NCBI GenBank assembly: GCA_020891255.1
Contig: BQFW01000007.1
Span: 620,001 to 684,000, forward strand
Direction of reading: 5' to 3'
Length of the DNA: 64,000 nt
DNA from: Entomortierella parvispora E1425
Lineage: Eukaryota > Fungi > Mortierellomycota
A program made the translations under genes and the position numbers. Below the pieces are notes generated by a model. That model did not search any database. It saw nothing but the letters and a program-made list of their open reading frames with translations, and was not told the origin of the DNA. Shown here piece after piece: positions 12,284 to 24,965 of the stretch; the stretch's first letter is position 1, and each line of letters begins with the position of its first letter.

Positions 12284-13014
12284 CACTCCTCAAAACAGTT
12301 TCGATCGTTCTTTGTGCAAAGAGGAACTTTGCAGAGAGAACAGACCGTTATCCATCCAAAAGACCACCAGTACGCCGCCGACAACAACACCAGACCTAGT
12401 ATCCCAATCGAGCTTTGCATTCTTGTCGACATATAACTCCTTGGGACTCCACCCTGCCTTCTTGTAGTGCCGCAGGCGCCGACGCTGAGGTTTCGAAAGT
12501 GTTGGAAAAGTTTGACACTGGTGAAGTAGTTGTCCATAAAAACGCGGTAATGTGGACTCTTCGGTAGCTGTTGGACAAGATGGTTGACAATGTTCCCTGT
12601 TTGAGTGAGGCCGGGTATTTTTTCAACTCGGACTGACTGAACCCTAGATGATGGAATGAAAGTGTAGGTGTATCCTGCATCGCAGAGAGAGAATATCTTG
12701 AAGCCTTCCGTAATCGGTTTGTTTTTCATACGAACGGTATGAGCACTTCGTCCCGAAAACCGGATCATCATCTCATCGATGGAGACATTCGATGCTGGCG
12801 TGTAGAGTCGCTTTGAGGTATCTCGGGTATGTGACAGTAGTGGCTCGACTTTATCACAGTACTCATCAATAACGGCATCTGGGGCGCACACATGGAAATA
12901 ACGCTTGATCTGCTCATATCGAACTTTATTCATGTATTTTTTTACCTTGATAGAGACCATGCCAAAAACATCCATACCTCTGATTTGAATGTCCGGTTTC
13001 ATATGGATCTCCAC
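12284..13014 (-). pseudogene. piggyBac-like transposase remnant, internally deleted and interrupted by element B
   Basis: RYEQIKRYFHV, SIDEMMIRFSGR...KNKPITEGFKI, VFMDNYFTS and GTTR motifs; WMDNG in a shifted frame; C-terminal CSLCKVPLC...RNCF. Confidence 0.9.
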
Positions 13015-13104
13015 CCCTTAATAAAAGTTATGACTTTTCGCGCACTCAAGGGGAGAAAGGGACGCCACTCAGCTCTCTGGAGATGCAACTCCCATCTCTC
13101 TACC

Positions 13105-14574
13105 ATGTCGGATCCTCGATTTAAACGGAATGCAGCACGACTGACTCGTAATGAATACTGCATTCTGGCGAACGTCCAAAGCTACTTGAATGGGACTGGG
13201 GCCTTCCACGAGCACCGTGGCAAAGTCACCGCCCGCAAGCGTCTTGCCCTCATAACTGGGATCGGTTCAGATACGGCGCGGAAAGCTATTCAGTTTTATA
13301 ACGGCGTGGGGGAGGTTTCGGAGAAACGCATTGGTCGACCAAAACACATCATTGAGACTGACTTGGGCGCAGCCATTCGAGAATTTGTGTTGGCATGCAA
13401 CAAAGATGGAGTGCCTGTGACAACGAATCTAGTTTTGAAGGAGCTGCGGGAAAAACACGGTATCGTTTTCGCGAAGCGAACCTTGGTCCGTCGATTAAAA
13501 CGGCTAGGTCTTCATTACGGCAAAGGAAGCAGGAGGAATATCCTCCATGACTCCCAAGCGGTGATCGACTATCGTGATGTTTACATCGAGCGTCGCCTCT
13601 CGAATCTGAACCCCAAGGGTCTTCCAATTGTTCCTGAGGTGTTCCTTGATGAGTCATATTGTCATCTAGACCATCACAGTCTTCGGACATGGTTGCCTTC
13701 TGGAGGCTCTGTCAATGAGCGAGGACGAAAGCCAATGCTTGTCATTTTCGGTGCATTCGTGGTATTCCGAGTTGACAACAAGCTCAGGGCAGAGCTCGTC
13801 AAGAAAAGCATCCTCATCTGGCCGGTCAAGGGTCAATTGCGTGGTCGAGAGGGTGGACGTGCCGCAGACAACGAGCTATGGAAGACTGTTCCTGATTTTG
13901 TCCGAGAGGCGGGTATTGCCCCTGACTACCATGACTACCACGGTAACTTTGATGCGGATCTGTTTGAGCGATTGTTTGAGGCTCTGTGCACAACACTCCA
14001 TGAAGACTATGGGCCTTGTCACATTCACATGGATGGCGCCAAGTACCATGTCCGCGAAGAGAATCCAGTACCGAAAGCAAGCTCCTGTGTGAGAGATATC
14101 CATTCGTGGTTCGAAAAGAATGGCATAGAGCTACCAACAAATGACCGGGGCAAGATCAAGTCTAGACTCGAGCTTCTTGAGCACATCAAAGGTCTCAACA
14201 TCCCCAAGACCTTTGCTTCATACCGAATTGCACACGAATACGGACACACCATTTGCAAGACACCTCCGTATCATTGCGAGCTACAGCCGATTGAAATGGT
14301 CTGGGGAATGGTCAAGAACCCAATTGCAGCCAATCCTAACTTGGACGAGACTGAGCTGTCACTGCGAAACCGCCTTTTGGGACTCTTCGCTGGCATTCAG
14401 GAGTCACAGCTTATTGCTGTTTGGAAAAAGACTGTCCAGGTTGGGAGGGACTATCGGATTCTCTACGAAAGACGACTCGAAAACAATGAAAACTACAGTG
14501 AAAGTGACGATGATGACCGCGAATTTGATAGTGACACAGACAACAGTGAAATTTCTAGTGACGAGGAGGCATAG
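13105..14574 (+). mobile_element. IS630/Tc1/mariner-type DDE transposase (489 aa), DD86E spacing, Sailor-like
   Basis: N-terminal helix-turn-helix-like region with GRPK; VFLDES, HMDGAKYH and PPYHCELQPIEMVW motifs; 86 residues counted between the second D and the E; acidic tail. No TIRs identified. Confidence 0.85.
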
Positions 14575-15799
14575 TATTTTCTATTTTTTTTCAGTACCAT
14601 TGTTCTCAGTAGACATGACCCCAGTGAGTCCAGTCCATCATGGAACATCGTTTAGAGTCAATGAAGTTTTTAAAATCAGAAGAGAATAGAAAAAAAAAAG
14701 GCAGAGGGGTGTGAGAATTTAGGTTTTGTGAGGTATGGATATTTGTGGCAAGATCTCTATGTAGTGTGTCTTTTTTTTTTTTTTTTTTATTGACAATGGG
14801 CCTATAGAAATGTGACCTAAGCCACTGTTTCAATCGCATGCCTCTGCATCCAGGGCCGTACGCGACCGTTGCGTCGCTCTCATCCTTGTTGGAGGAGAAC
14901 CCGAGGTCTAAGTCGCCTCGCGACGATGGTACTAGACCGCCTGCCAACCACTTTTTCTTCCTACTTCGACTACACAGTGGCTGGGAGGTGGTCCAGTACT
15001 GAATGTGTCCTTGCTTGATTCTCCGACAGTCCGTACATAGCACATGAATTTCTTGTTGGATTACTTGTTGTCCTTGTTGCACTCTTAGCACTTGACTCGT
15101 GCCCGCTGGTGGTGTCCTGTAATTGGCCCAAGAAATCGCTCTTGTTGCTCAATGAACATCACTACTTTGTGTAAATGGTGGTACAACACCATTGCCTCCA
15201 GTTCGAGAGGCTATCGCAAAGTGAGGATTGCACCAAGCAGGGGTCGAACACAGACGATCCCACAGCACTGCTCACTGGAAACTTTAACATATGTAAACCA
15301 AGACTGGCGCCTTAGCTTCAACTCGTTGGGTTCACCCACCCACCTTGATATGTAGTGTGTCGGTGCCACTCGCTCTGTGTTGGGGGAGGGGTGGCTTAGT
15401 GATTTTTCGAGAATAATATTAAAACTCAGATAAAATAAATTTTAACGGGCAAATTTGCCATATTTTGCAGACTAAGGGATAAATGGCGTTGTGTGTAGCA
15501 TACGTGGTTCTGGAGCGGTCAGACGCGTCGTCAGGTCGCGCTCTTTGTGTTTGTTGACAGATTATGGAGGCCCGTGCGAATGGAAGGCTCGATCCCCTTT
15601 TTTTGAGGAAGGTGATTCCACCTTCCATTCTCAACGATGACCAGTCCTTTTCTGTGTGCTCTGGTCAATTCATACCTTGTGGTTTCATGAAAAAGTCGCG
15701 TGGATGACCGAGAAAAATGATGACACCCTGCCGCAATGTTCAGTTGGAGTTCTTATCTCAGCTTTGTCATAAACCTTCCTTTCCATTTTTTTTTCACAC

Positions 15800-17122
15800 A
15801 TGGAGGCGCCATATCGAATATTGTCGTCGTACTTTGCGTCCATTGTCTGCAGCTCCATTATCTCTACTACGCTGATCTGCTCTGTTCTTTCGTCAGGATC
15901 GAATGTCGTAGGACCAACGTCGGCCACTCAGCAATGGTTTCATTTGAAAGACTTGCCTCCATTACCGCCGTCCTGGATACGAACACATCACCATCGCCCA
16001 CATAATCCATATCATCACAAACACCATGGCTACTACATCGGTCGTAGGAGTAAACTTTTTATGTTCTCATTCGGATTGCACAAAAGGCCAAAAAGAAGAA
16101 AGAGTGGTCTCGACCAAGAAACAATTATTGAATCCATGGAGGATTTCTTGGATTACTATAACGAAAGAGCCGATCAAAGACGAATGGATCATGATGCGCT
16201 GCTTTCAAAAGAGCTGAACGACATTGCCCCTCCCTTTGGTTTCAGCAATGAACACTACAGTCAGATCCGACGTCGACGTGGACACAGGGGCAATGATGCA
16301 ACTGCAGCCACCACAACCACCTTTGTTGCAGCTAAGAATGATGGAAGTTCTCGTTGGAAAACAAACTGGGGCGACGAACGTCCCGTTACAAGCCTATTCG
16401 GAACGCAACAGATGAGAAATAATCCGACATGGGGGCACACACCACTTTCTAGCACCAACTATGGCCATGGCAGGATCCATGCTAAGCAGAGGCCAAGAAG
16501 GATTCGCAAGAGCAGGGCAAGGACAGGAGGCGGCAAGAGTCGCGGCAGTGGACTTCATAAAAGAAGTCGCCCAAAGTCTACTTTCGGTACGTCAAGAAAA
16601 ATGAAAAGACAACTTTCCACGGAAACCGAAGACTATGACTACGGCTCTGATCGGATGACCCGACAAAAATGGGTTGGGCGCAAAGACAGAAGAATGCCTC
16701 ATCATGGTCAATGTAGAGAATCACGCTGGAGTGAAGGCGATAACCTTCGAGACTATGGTAATACTTGTGATTGTTCAGACAATTGCTCTCCTTACTTTGT
16801 CAGCGGTCAATGGTACACCGGTAGAGCCAAGAAACCAACTGGGGCTCAGGATGTCACTAGAGCATGGTCGACACCGCGTCATGATGATGGTAAATGCAAA
16901 AAACCATCATCCATTGGTGGCGCGCGCTTTGATACAGATTCAGGATTTAGCAGCAGAGAAAAGCTATTGAAAACATTACAGCCCCGGGATGGGTTCGTCT
17001 ATCTCAAGGCTGCCAAAACTCCAACATCAATACAATCGGTCTCCTCAGTACCGACAGCTCGACTAAGGCAGACGCTGAGACGACCGCGACTACCATTACA
17101 AGCTTTGCCACCTAAAGTATGA
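15800..17122 (+). CDS. Hypothetical basic, low-complexity protein with a hydrophobic N-terminus
   Basis: 440-aa ORF with no recognised domain; may continue through 17437-19459. Confidence 0.4.
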   Translation: MEAPYRILSSYFASIVCSSIISTTLICSVLSSGSNVVGPTSATQQWFHLKDLPPLPPSWIRTHHHRPHNPYHHKHHGYYIGRRSKLFMFSFGLHKRPKRRKSGLDQETIIESMEDFLDYYNERADQRRMDHDALLSKELNDIAPPFGFSNEHYSQIRRRRGHRGNDATAATTTTFVAAKNDGSSRWKTNWGDERPVTSLFGTQQMRNNPTWGHTPLSSTNYGHGRIHAKQRPRRIRKSRARTGGGKSRGSGLHKRSRPKSTFGTSRKMKRQLSTETEDYDYGSDRMTRQKWVGRKDRRMPHHGQCRESRWSEGDNLRDYGNTCDCSDNCSPYFVSGQWYTGRAKKPTGAQDVTRAWSTPRHDDGKCKKPSSIGGARFDTDSGFSSREKLLKTLQPRDGFVYLKAAKTPTSIQSVSSVPTARLRQTLRRPRLPLQALPPKV

Positions 17123-17436
17123 TCCTCACCGCAGGCTGCACTCGACAACCGCAGCAGGTCTGCGAGATGAGCGGCCACAAGTCGATAGAACAGGGTAGAA
17201 CTAGCACAGGCCACAGAGCTACCACAACATAACTACAACATGCCTTTTCACGATATTAGAGGCTATTCAACATGACATGCACCTCCCAGGTCGCCAGGTC
17301 CCTGCACACATCCTCCTTCAGATATGAAAACTTGCTAAAGATGTTCCCATCAGCACTACTGTCATCAGCACCACTACCAGCATTCTAATTTGTCCCAGAA
17401 TGGCACCATCTCCACAACAAATCACTACAACGGCAG

Positions 17437-19459
17437 GTGCTGCTGAAGATGCTTGAGGTTCTACCGCGTTGTTCTCTCTTCACGGTTCCAAGCTCTATCC
17501 AACATATCTTTTTCAGCCCCACATCATTTAAAACAGGAACTCAAGCCAGAGCAACGCCGGGCCCATCGATATCGTGCTGCCTTCATGGTCCAGGACCCAG
17601 GAGCTACAAACCCGGCCAACTACTAATCCCGAAATCGCTTCTACTTACTCCCATCAACTCAAATACGGTGCAACTCCCTCGAAAGCAGACGCCACAACGC
17701 CAACAAAAAACTATGCAAGACCTTGTAATTCGATTTTTGTCCGCTGTCAAATCAGTCACATCTACCAGCGTTGACAGTATGATCAGTTTCTCAGCACAAC
17801 TCTGTGGCGCCCCAGATGGCCACAGACATAGCCCTCAGTTCAACCAATATGAATATAGTGGTCATGATCGGACATCAGCTCATTTCTACTTCACCGACAA
17901 GCAAACCTACCGGCGAGTGGCGAAATTAGTCCATCATTATCACCTTCAACTGTGGAAGATCTCGGACATGATAGGAGGCAATGGAGTTGGGCATGGAACA
18001 TCATCTCGGCAAGCTGACGGTGGTATAGATATAACCATTCATTCACGGGTGGGATTGACCAATCATCCAATCCTGGAGATGTTGGCTTCCAATTTGTGGA
18101 TACGACTTGGACTGTTGGTGGTTCTTTGTTTGGGAGCATTCATGTACTGTATGATGATGATGGAACAACAACAGGCGGAAATTGCAGGCAGGGGAACAAA
18201 CTGGTGGGCCGACATGTCACCGCTGACATCGGCCATGTCTTCTGGATCTTCTTCTCGGGCTACAGCATCTATTTCTCTATCAACATCAAGGGAGAATGAA
18301 CGGAATGCAACGGAGGCCAACTCTGTAGGATTGGGAGTGCAGCTGCCTGAAGAACCAGCTGCAGAATTAACAGCTACAGAGGAGTTGTCCAGACAACCAG
18401 GTTCCGAGCTACAAAATCTTGCACGCCAAGGTAAGGTATCCTTGACCCTTCCAGAGAGGAAGATTAGAAAGACCACTGACGGTGCATGTATCTCTTTAAT
18501 ATGTAGACGCGTCAAGTCGCGCGGAACTCCCCTGGCCCTCCTTAGCCGCATTGATATCCACCATGGCTCGATCAACAGCTACTGCATTAGCGCTTCCCGG
18601 CGGTGCAATGGCCGTATCTGACAACAACGGGAGTGTCGACCATAATCACAGCAACCTACGTTTAGCGGAGAGCAGCCTCAATTCCCTCCCGTACTCTCTG
18701 CTTCAGCGTAGTTCCCCTCAGATCAGCGGCAACGACCAGGAAACGCGATTTGCCTCACGCTCCAATAACAGTAACAATCATCGGAAAATAGTATTCCTAG
18801 CAAAGTCAACAAGATGGAACAAAGCAAGGAAGTATAGTCTTCCTCTAGACAATAGAAAGGAGGTAGCAAGAGACAAAGTCTTCAACACTTCCATTGGCGG
18901 CTTCGTTTCACCCAACTCTAGCGCGGGATCCAGCCGGACTAGCTCCCGCCGACAGAGCGTCGTTTCTTCCGCCTCTTCGTCTTCAATTACCAAAACACGG
19001 TCCACATCCATCATGCTGGATAATACAGAAGGGTCAACGTCATCGATCAGGCAACTGGATATCGACAGTGTCTATTTTTTAATCATGGCATTCATTTACT
19101 ACTCGTATCCGTACATGTACAGTTATTATCAACAAGAGGGGTCATCATCGAGTTCAGGAGCAAACACTTTTTCAAGATCTCCTCGACGCGTTATTTCTCG
19201 GGCCCACATCAATACCAGAGTTGAACATGTCGCCTCTTCGCCTCGCTGTCCAAGGTCACAGCCTCGCATCCAAGGGCGACAGTACTCCTTATCCCATCTT
19301 CGGCATGGCTCCCAATATCAACATAGAGTCAGGAGATGTGTACAGCACCAACATGAATCGAGCAACGCTCAGAGAAATCCACAACAGATAGCAATGAGCG
19401 CTCGCCGTACAAGAGCCAAATTTGCACGACTAAGCACCACTGGTTCCTCATCAAGATAG
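17437..19459 (+). CDS. Hypothetical protein segment(s) with one predicted transmembrane helix; exon structure unresolved
   Basis: Overlapping ORFs 17437-18621 (LWIRLGLLVVLCLGAFMYCMMM helix) and 18551-19459 (S-rich, short hydrophobic stretch); possible donor CAAG/GTAAG near 18431. Confidence 0.35.
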
Positions 19460-19673
19460 CATAGATATGTAGATATGGGATGATAAAATACAATTTAGTT
19501 GACTCTATAGTGAGTGAATGACAAGTCAAAGAATGCGATTGAAAGAAAATTGCAAAAGAAGGGGATGCTGAGGACAAGTTATCTGGGATATCGATAGCAG
19601 TGCTTGCTGAAGAAAAAAATAAAAAATAGCTGGTCCATGAAAGTCCTTCGATCGAATTGTTCTTTTTTTTTTT

Positions 19674-20339
19674 CTACTTCTCATCCTCGCTCTCGTCCTC
19701 ACTGTCCTCATCCTCAGATTCCTCCTCGCTGTCGTCCTCATCGTCATCCTCGCTATCCTCCTCATCCTCTTCGCCATCAGCGCCCTTCTTGTTCTTTCTC
19801 TCCATCTGTCTGAGGTAGCTCCTGCGCTCACGCTCTGTCATGCCAGCCAAAAGACGCTCCAGTTCAACCTGCTCCTGGATCAATTCCTTCTCTGTCTTGA
19901 TGTTTGTGGGCACAATTTCTCTGGACTCTAAGCACTTCGCACAAACGTTCTTTTCACCCGCACAGTTGTTGCACATCACATGGTAGGCCTCCTTGATCGC
20001 CTTTTGTTCGCAGCAAACGCTACAAGAAAACAAGAAAATAATTGATATGTTAGGATCACTATCTAATTCGCACCGTACCAGATGGAACAGAGGAAAAAAG
20101 AGATCTGCTTACCACTTCTTCATGGTGGTCAAAGGCTTGTACTTCTTGAACTTCTTGCGCCACATGATAACCTCCACACACTTCTCGCAGAGTCCTCCTA
20201 CAGGCATGTTTGCGATTTTCTTTGTGATCTTGGAACTCTTGTTGGCGTGGAAGGCATAGGTATTCTTGTGAGCTTGCGCTCCCTTCTTTTGGTTGCCCTT
20301 GCGGCTGGACGACTTCTTGGGCTCGTAAACTCCAGACAT
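19674..20339 (-). CDS. C9orf85/DUF2039-like Cys-rich protein, 2 exons
   Basis: GLCEKCVEVIMWRKKFKKYKPL | KCVCCEQKAIKEAYHVMCNNCAGEKNVCAKC, acidic tail; GT-AG intron 20112-20020 keeps the frame. Confidence 0.85.
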
Positions 20340-20820
20340 GATAAGAATTACGACTTCTGGAATAACAGGTGACAGGAGGGGGTTATTGAGAGGTAGTGGT
20401 CCCGAGTAACTTGATGGCCGGTTCCTGACAAAGGTGGAGGGAGAGAATGATGCACAGGAGCAAAGGTATAATGAGGAGCTGCGGCGAATGAGAGCTACGT
20501 TTTTTTTTTTTCTTTTTTTTTCGTTTGTTGTTTGAAAAATATATGAGCAGTCACTGCTTGGGATTTTGGTGGCGTTTCAGCACCTTTGACCACAAACGCG
20601 CTGATACCAACACAATCTGTTTTTCTGCAAAGATACAATCATAGACAGGAACATAAGTAATATCCTTCACAAAGACCAAGTTTAATTAAGGATTGTTGTT
20701 TTTTATATCTTCAATACTCAAGCGGCCGGTGCCATCATCGCCATCAAATCTTCTTGGTGACCCACGCAAAGGAGGGTCACATGGGAATCATCAAGGCGCG
20801 AATGGCCCGTTGTAGGCACT

Positions 20821-22113
20821 TTAGTAGAAGGTGGAAGGGCGCGAACCCATGAAGAGAGCGCGGTGGGACTTGTCGGCAGCGCGGATGACGCGGTGGGGCA
20901 AGGGGAACTTGATACCGGGAACCAAGATCTGCTTGATGTAGGGGCGACGAACATCAGCGTTGGCGACCTCGGCAACACGGATGATCTGGATGGAGCGAGA
21001 GCGGGCACGGTGGCGGGAAGCCATGTCCGAGTAGCAAGCCTCAACAGCGGCGTTGCGGGTCAACTCGCGGTACTCCTTGTACATGTTGTGGGTGCCGGAG
21101 CGGGAATCGTAACGGATCCAGATACCGAAGTTCTTGATCTGAAGGGGCTTCTTCTCGTGGATCTAATGGACAACACAACATTGCACAAGGGTTAGATTCT
21201 ATGAGGTTAAAATATCACTTGGCATTTCATGAATGGTGGAATGGTTATAAAAGCACATACCTCGTTGATTCCGACGATCTCGCCGTTAACCTTCTTGACC
21301 TTCTTCAGCTTGCGCATGAAGTACCAGAAGCGGGACTTGGCGACAACCTCGTTAGGGGCGAAGAGGCGCATGCGGAAAAGCTTGGGGGTAGCATCCTTCT
21401 CGGTGGGGAGATGGCGACCGACCAATTGGTACTCGTGAAGCTATTGTGGACAATAGGTTCCAAAGGACCAAATTGAAAGGATAGAGAGAGAGAGAGAGAA
21501 ACGAACCAAGTAAGATACTGGTCAAAACGCTGAAGGGAACATAATGTGGGGGGGAGTGGGTAGAGGGGTGAAGTGAAAGTTCCTGCAGAGTTCCTCCTGA
21601 ACAAGATTGTAGCGCCACTCCTGAACGGTGCTTCCTTGATCCATGCTCGATACTGATAGCTCACTCATGCCATGTTTGCCGCCAGTGTGATCTGCAGGGA
21701 AACAGGCAACCGTCACAATAGCCTGGGCTGTAAAGCCTCCCTCGAACGGTCCATCCGCCATAGGCCTTCACCTTGTGTAAATGCAAAGCCTCCACACAGA
21801 TTTCAGCCAAGTCTCAAAAAGAATACCCATCTCTCCATGGGAGCAATGGATAAGACAACTTTCATCAGCTTTGACAGATGGCGCTGGGCTTCAAGCGATC
21901 AAGGGTTCTCCCTGCATGTCACATCTTTTGGTTGATCATGGCGATGAATCCAGGATGAGAGCTCCTGACTTGACAAATGAAATTGTCGAGTAGATGTCGA
22001 GGATAGCTTCTAGGGATTGCTCCATGGGTCCTGAAAAAACATCCTGCGTAATGGATGGATGGATGGTATCAACCCGTCAACGAAGGGATGGATTGGGCAC
22101 GCACTCTGGACAT
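20821..22113 (-). CDS. RPL20: 60S ribosomal protein eL20 (L18a), 3 exons
   Basis: Exons 22113-22105 (MSR), 21440-21261 ([12 protein letters not shown]...KSRFWYF) and 21162-20821 ([32 protein letters not shown]...RPSTFY). Confidence 0.97.
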
Positions 22114-22289
22114 TTTTGAAGTCTGAAGCAAAAGGAAGGACTTCAAAATGGCACTGAAATTTTCAGATATGTCTCCCTCGGGGTCATGTGACCAATGCCG
22201 CTGATTCGTTTCTGTCCATTCTTCGTTCTTTCAAAAAACTTTCGTCTTCGCAAGTGTATCGCAAGTGCACCCGACTCATCTTCATTCCC

Positions 22290-24825
22290 ATGAAACCGAA
22301 ACAATATCCTCGTGCTCAGCCAACGGCTGAGGCTCCATCACATCCCCTCGCTCGATCTGAAGGTGCCCCAGCGACCACCGTGCCACAGGTACAAAAGTAC
22401 ACGCCCTATTCTTCCAGCAGCTTCAAAGGCGCTCCTCAGCACCCCTCACCCATGCCAACAGTTTCATGGCAGGCGCTCAGGACATTTGCGCCGGAACAGA
22501 GGGTAGTGATACCTGATGCCCCTCATGTACCCATCCGAAGTCTTCACTTGGGAAAGGCGTTGGTGGTAAGTCATATTTTAGTGGCAAAAGCTATAGACCA
22601 AGGGTTTACACGATCGAAGACACTAACTGAGCCTACCCATTGCTGACATCGTAGCGCGTTTCTGGTAAATAGTATTGCTTGCGGTGATTCCAACTTCCTG
22701 AAAATACGCGCGGATGCTCACCATGTTTATGTTGGATAAAGGCCGAACCGTCAGGGCTCCGGACATCAAAGCCTTCCCAGACAAATTCGACTCTAACAAG
22801 CGACGATGGTTGTTGACTTTTACCATCAAGGACGACTCTGACACCATTGACATCAAGTTCTGGCACAAGAGTCGAGAGCATCTGAACTCGTACCTCAACA
22901 TCATAGTATTGCATTGACAGCTTCTGGTTCAACTTGCTGTTGTTACACAGGATCACGGTACTGATCTTCGCCCTTCTATCGCGTAGCTTGATCAGGTTGT
23001 TCATATCTTGACTGATGAAGTGAAGTTAAACAACCACCCTGCGACTGGAGGCCAGACAATCTCAACACCCTCGACTTCCTCTCCGTTCTTTTTGAACTTG
23101 AGCGAAGGCAAATTTGGACACACGATCGACGTGGCAAGTGACGATCAACAAAAAAGCTTGTTCAAACACGCTCTTGGAGCGAACACTGTGGGAAGCATAC
23201 CCTGCATGTCAATCAAGCAGGTTCTTGGTGCCATTAGCTCGCTCAAGAACCAACGCTTCCACATGGTTATTTGTGTAAAGAAGGTATGTTGGCGACTTCT
23301 GGATTGCTGCACGGCTATGTGCCATTGGAAGTGATGCTCAACCCATTTGGTGGCTTTAGATTGTAGATTCCACTACCATCACAACCAAAAATGGCCCTTT
23401 GACGAAAACCGAGCTTTGCGTATTTGATGCACATGGAGCCGAGATGTCTTTGGTCCTCTGGGGTGACCAGATGACCCCATCAATCCAACAGTGGATCCCG
23501 TTTACCACAGGTAAGTGTATCCTCAGTAATATACCCTTGCTGTCTTTTGCTGACATGAATATCTCTTGCAATGGCGCTTAGTTCTTGTCCTGACAGGAGC
23601 TCAAGCCTCTGTGTACGGAATGAAGATGCAGATCACCGTTGGGTATCAGACTCACATCCAAGTTGACCCGGTTTGCAAGGATGTTGAGGTAAACATAAGT
23701 CAGATCCAGCACACAACGGGCCATTCATCGGGGTTATTAAAGTGTCGTTGCCTTATCTAGTGGCTGAAGCACTTTTCTGTGCAATGCCAAGAGTTGCCAA
23801 GCGACCAAAATCCCGGTACGTGTCGAGAATCAATGTTCACACGAGTAAAATACTCCTCTGACCTAATATCTTCCAGTTGCCAACGCCAGTGAGGTCACAC
23901 CCATACAAATCAGGTCGCATTATGGTATACATGACATCAAGAGCAAGGCAGAGTCGCTGAGTGTGTTGGGTAAGAAATATCATAAAGGACGATATCAGCA
24001 CTCTATTACTCTGAAGATTATTAATAACTTGAAAGCTGTTGTTCGCACTTGAATAGAAACGGTATATGGCTACACCTTCGCCATTGTGTCAGAGTTGGGA
24101 ATTGACAATCGGGCAGACATCCTGACTGCCAAATGGTAACATTGCCATAGGCATTCTTATAACTCCATGATTATTCTATGCCCAGGCTAACCTGCATTTC
24201 TGTCTGTAGTCCGGCCTGTAAGAGTGCTGTTTCTTCTTTCAAGATGGAAGTCTGCTCTACCTGCAACACTATGCCTCCAGGCGAAGAATGTTGGCGATAC
24301 GATGTTTCAAGATACATCTCGTTCATGGACGACACCGGTGAACTCCACCATCCACTTGTGCCCTCTGCTGTTTTCCAAAATTTGCTTGGGTTCAAGGTAT
24401 GAATCAATGGTGAGGTGATAAGGACTCGAACGTTGTGTTGCAGCACTATATTCACGTCTTGCCCCTTCCAGCCAAACGAATTTAGTGCACTGTCAGTGAT
24501 GGAGCGGTCCCAGCTTAAGGTAAATTGACTCTGAACGTCGTCCTCCGACGGGTACGACTCTGCTGAACGTATGTCTTACACTTCGATACCATCCTGCAGA
24601 AGCGGTATTTCTTGGAACGGGTCAAGGTTTTTTTCAAGGTAAGAAAGATTGTCGCGTTATTTTGCCAGGTAACCAACCCTCTTCAGATCACTCTCATTGG
24701 CAAATATGGATCAATGATAGCTGCTCTGGTCTGATTTCAAGAAGGTACCCGTCGCTGAGATCATCTCGATTGAACCCACAGACCTCTATGACTTTGAATC
24801 CCAAACCGGCACGACTGCGGATTAG
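22290..24825 (+). CDS. MEIOB: MEIOB-like meiotic OB-fold ssDNA-binding protein, multi-exon; boundaries approximate
   Basis: PDIKAFPDKFDSNKRRWLLTFTIKDD matches the remembered MEIOB OB1 motif (DVKGFPDRK...YTFSFTIRD); ELCVFD...LVLWG second OB fold; C-terminal CxxC...CxxC with FMDDTG. Confidence 0.75.
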
Positions 24826-24965
24826 GAGCTACCTTTGAGTACAATCAAATCAGGTTGTGCAGAGCATCTCCTCCTTTCTCGATACACACAGAGTGAAAGA
24901 AAGAAACAACGGCTGTGTTTATTGCGAGCGATGTATAAAGTGTGCCCAGTTCTATGCTAAAGATA

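Noticed and set aside
13013-13021. CCCCTTAA as a piggyBac terminus
   Set aside because: Wrong orientation (ends read TTAA-CCC or GGG-TTAA) and no matching partner near 6950-7180.
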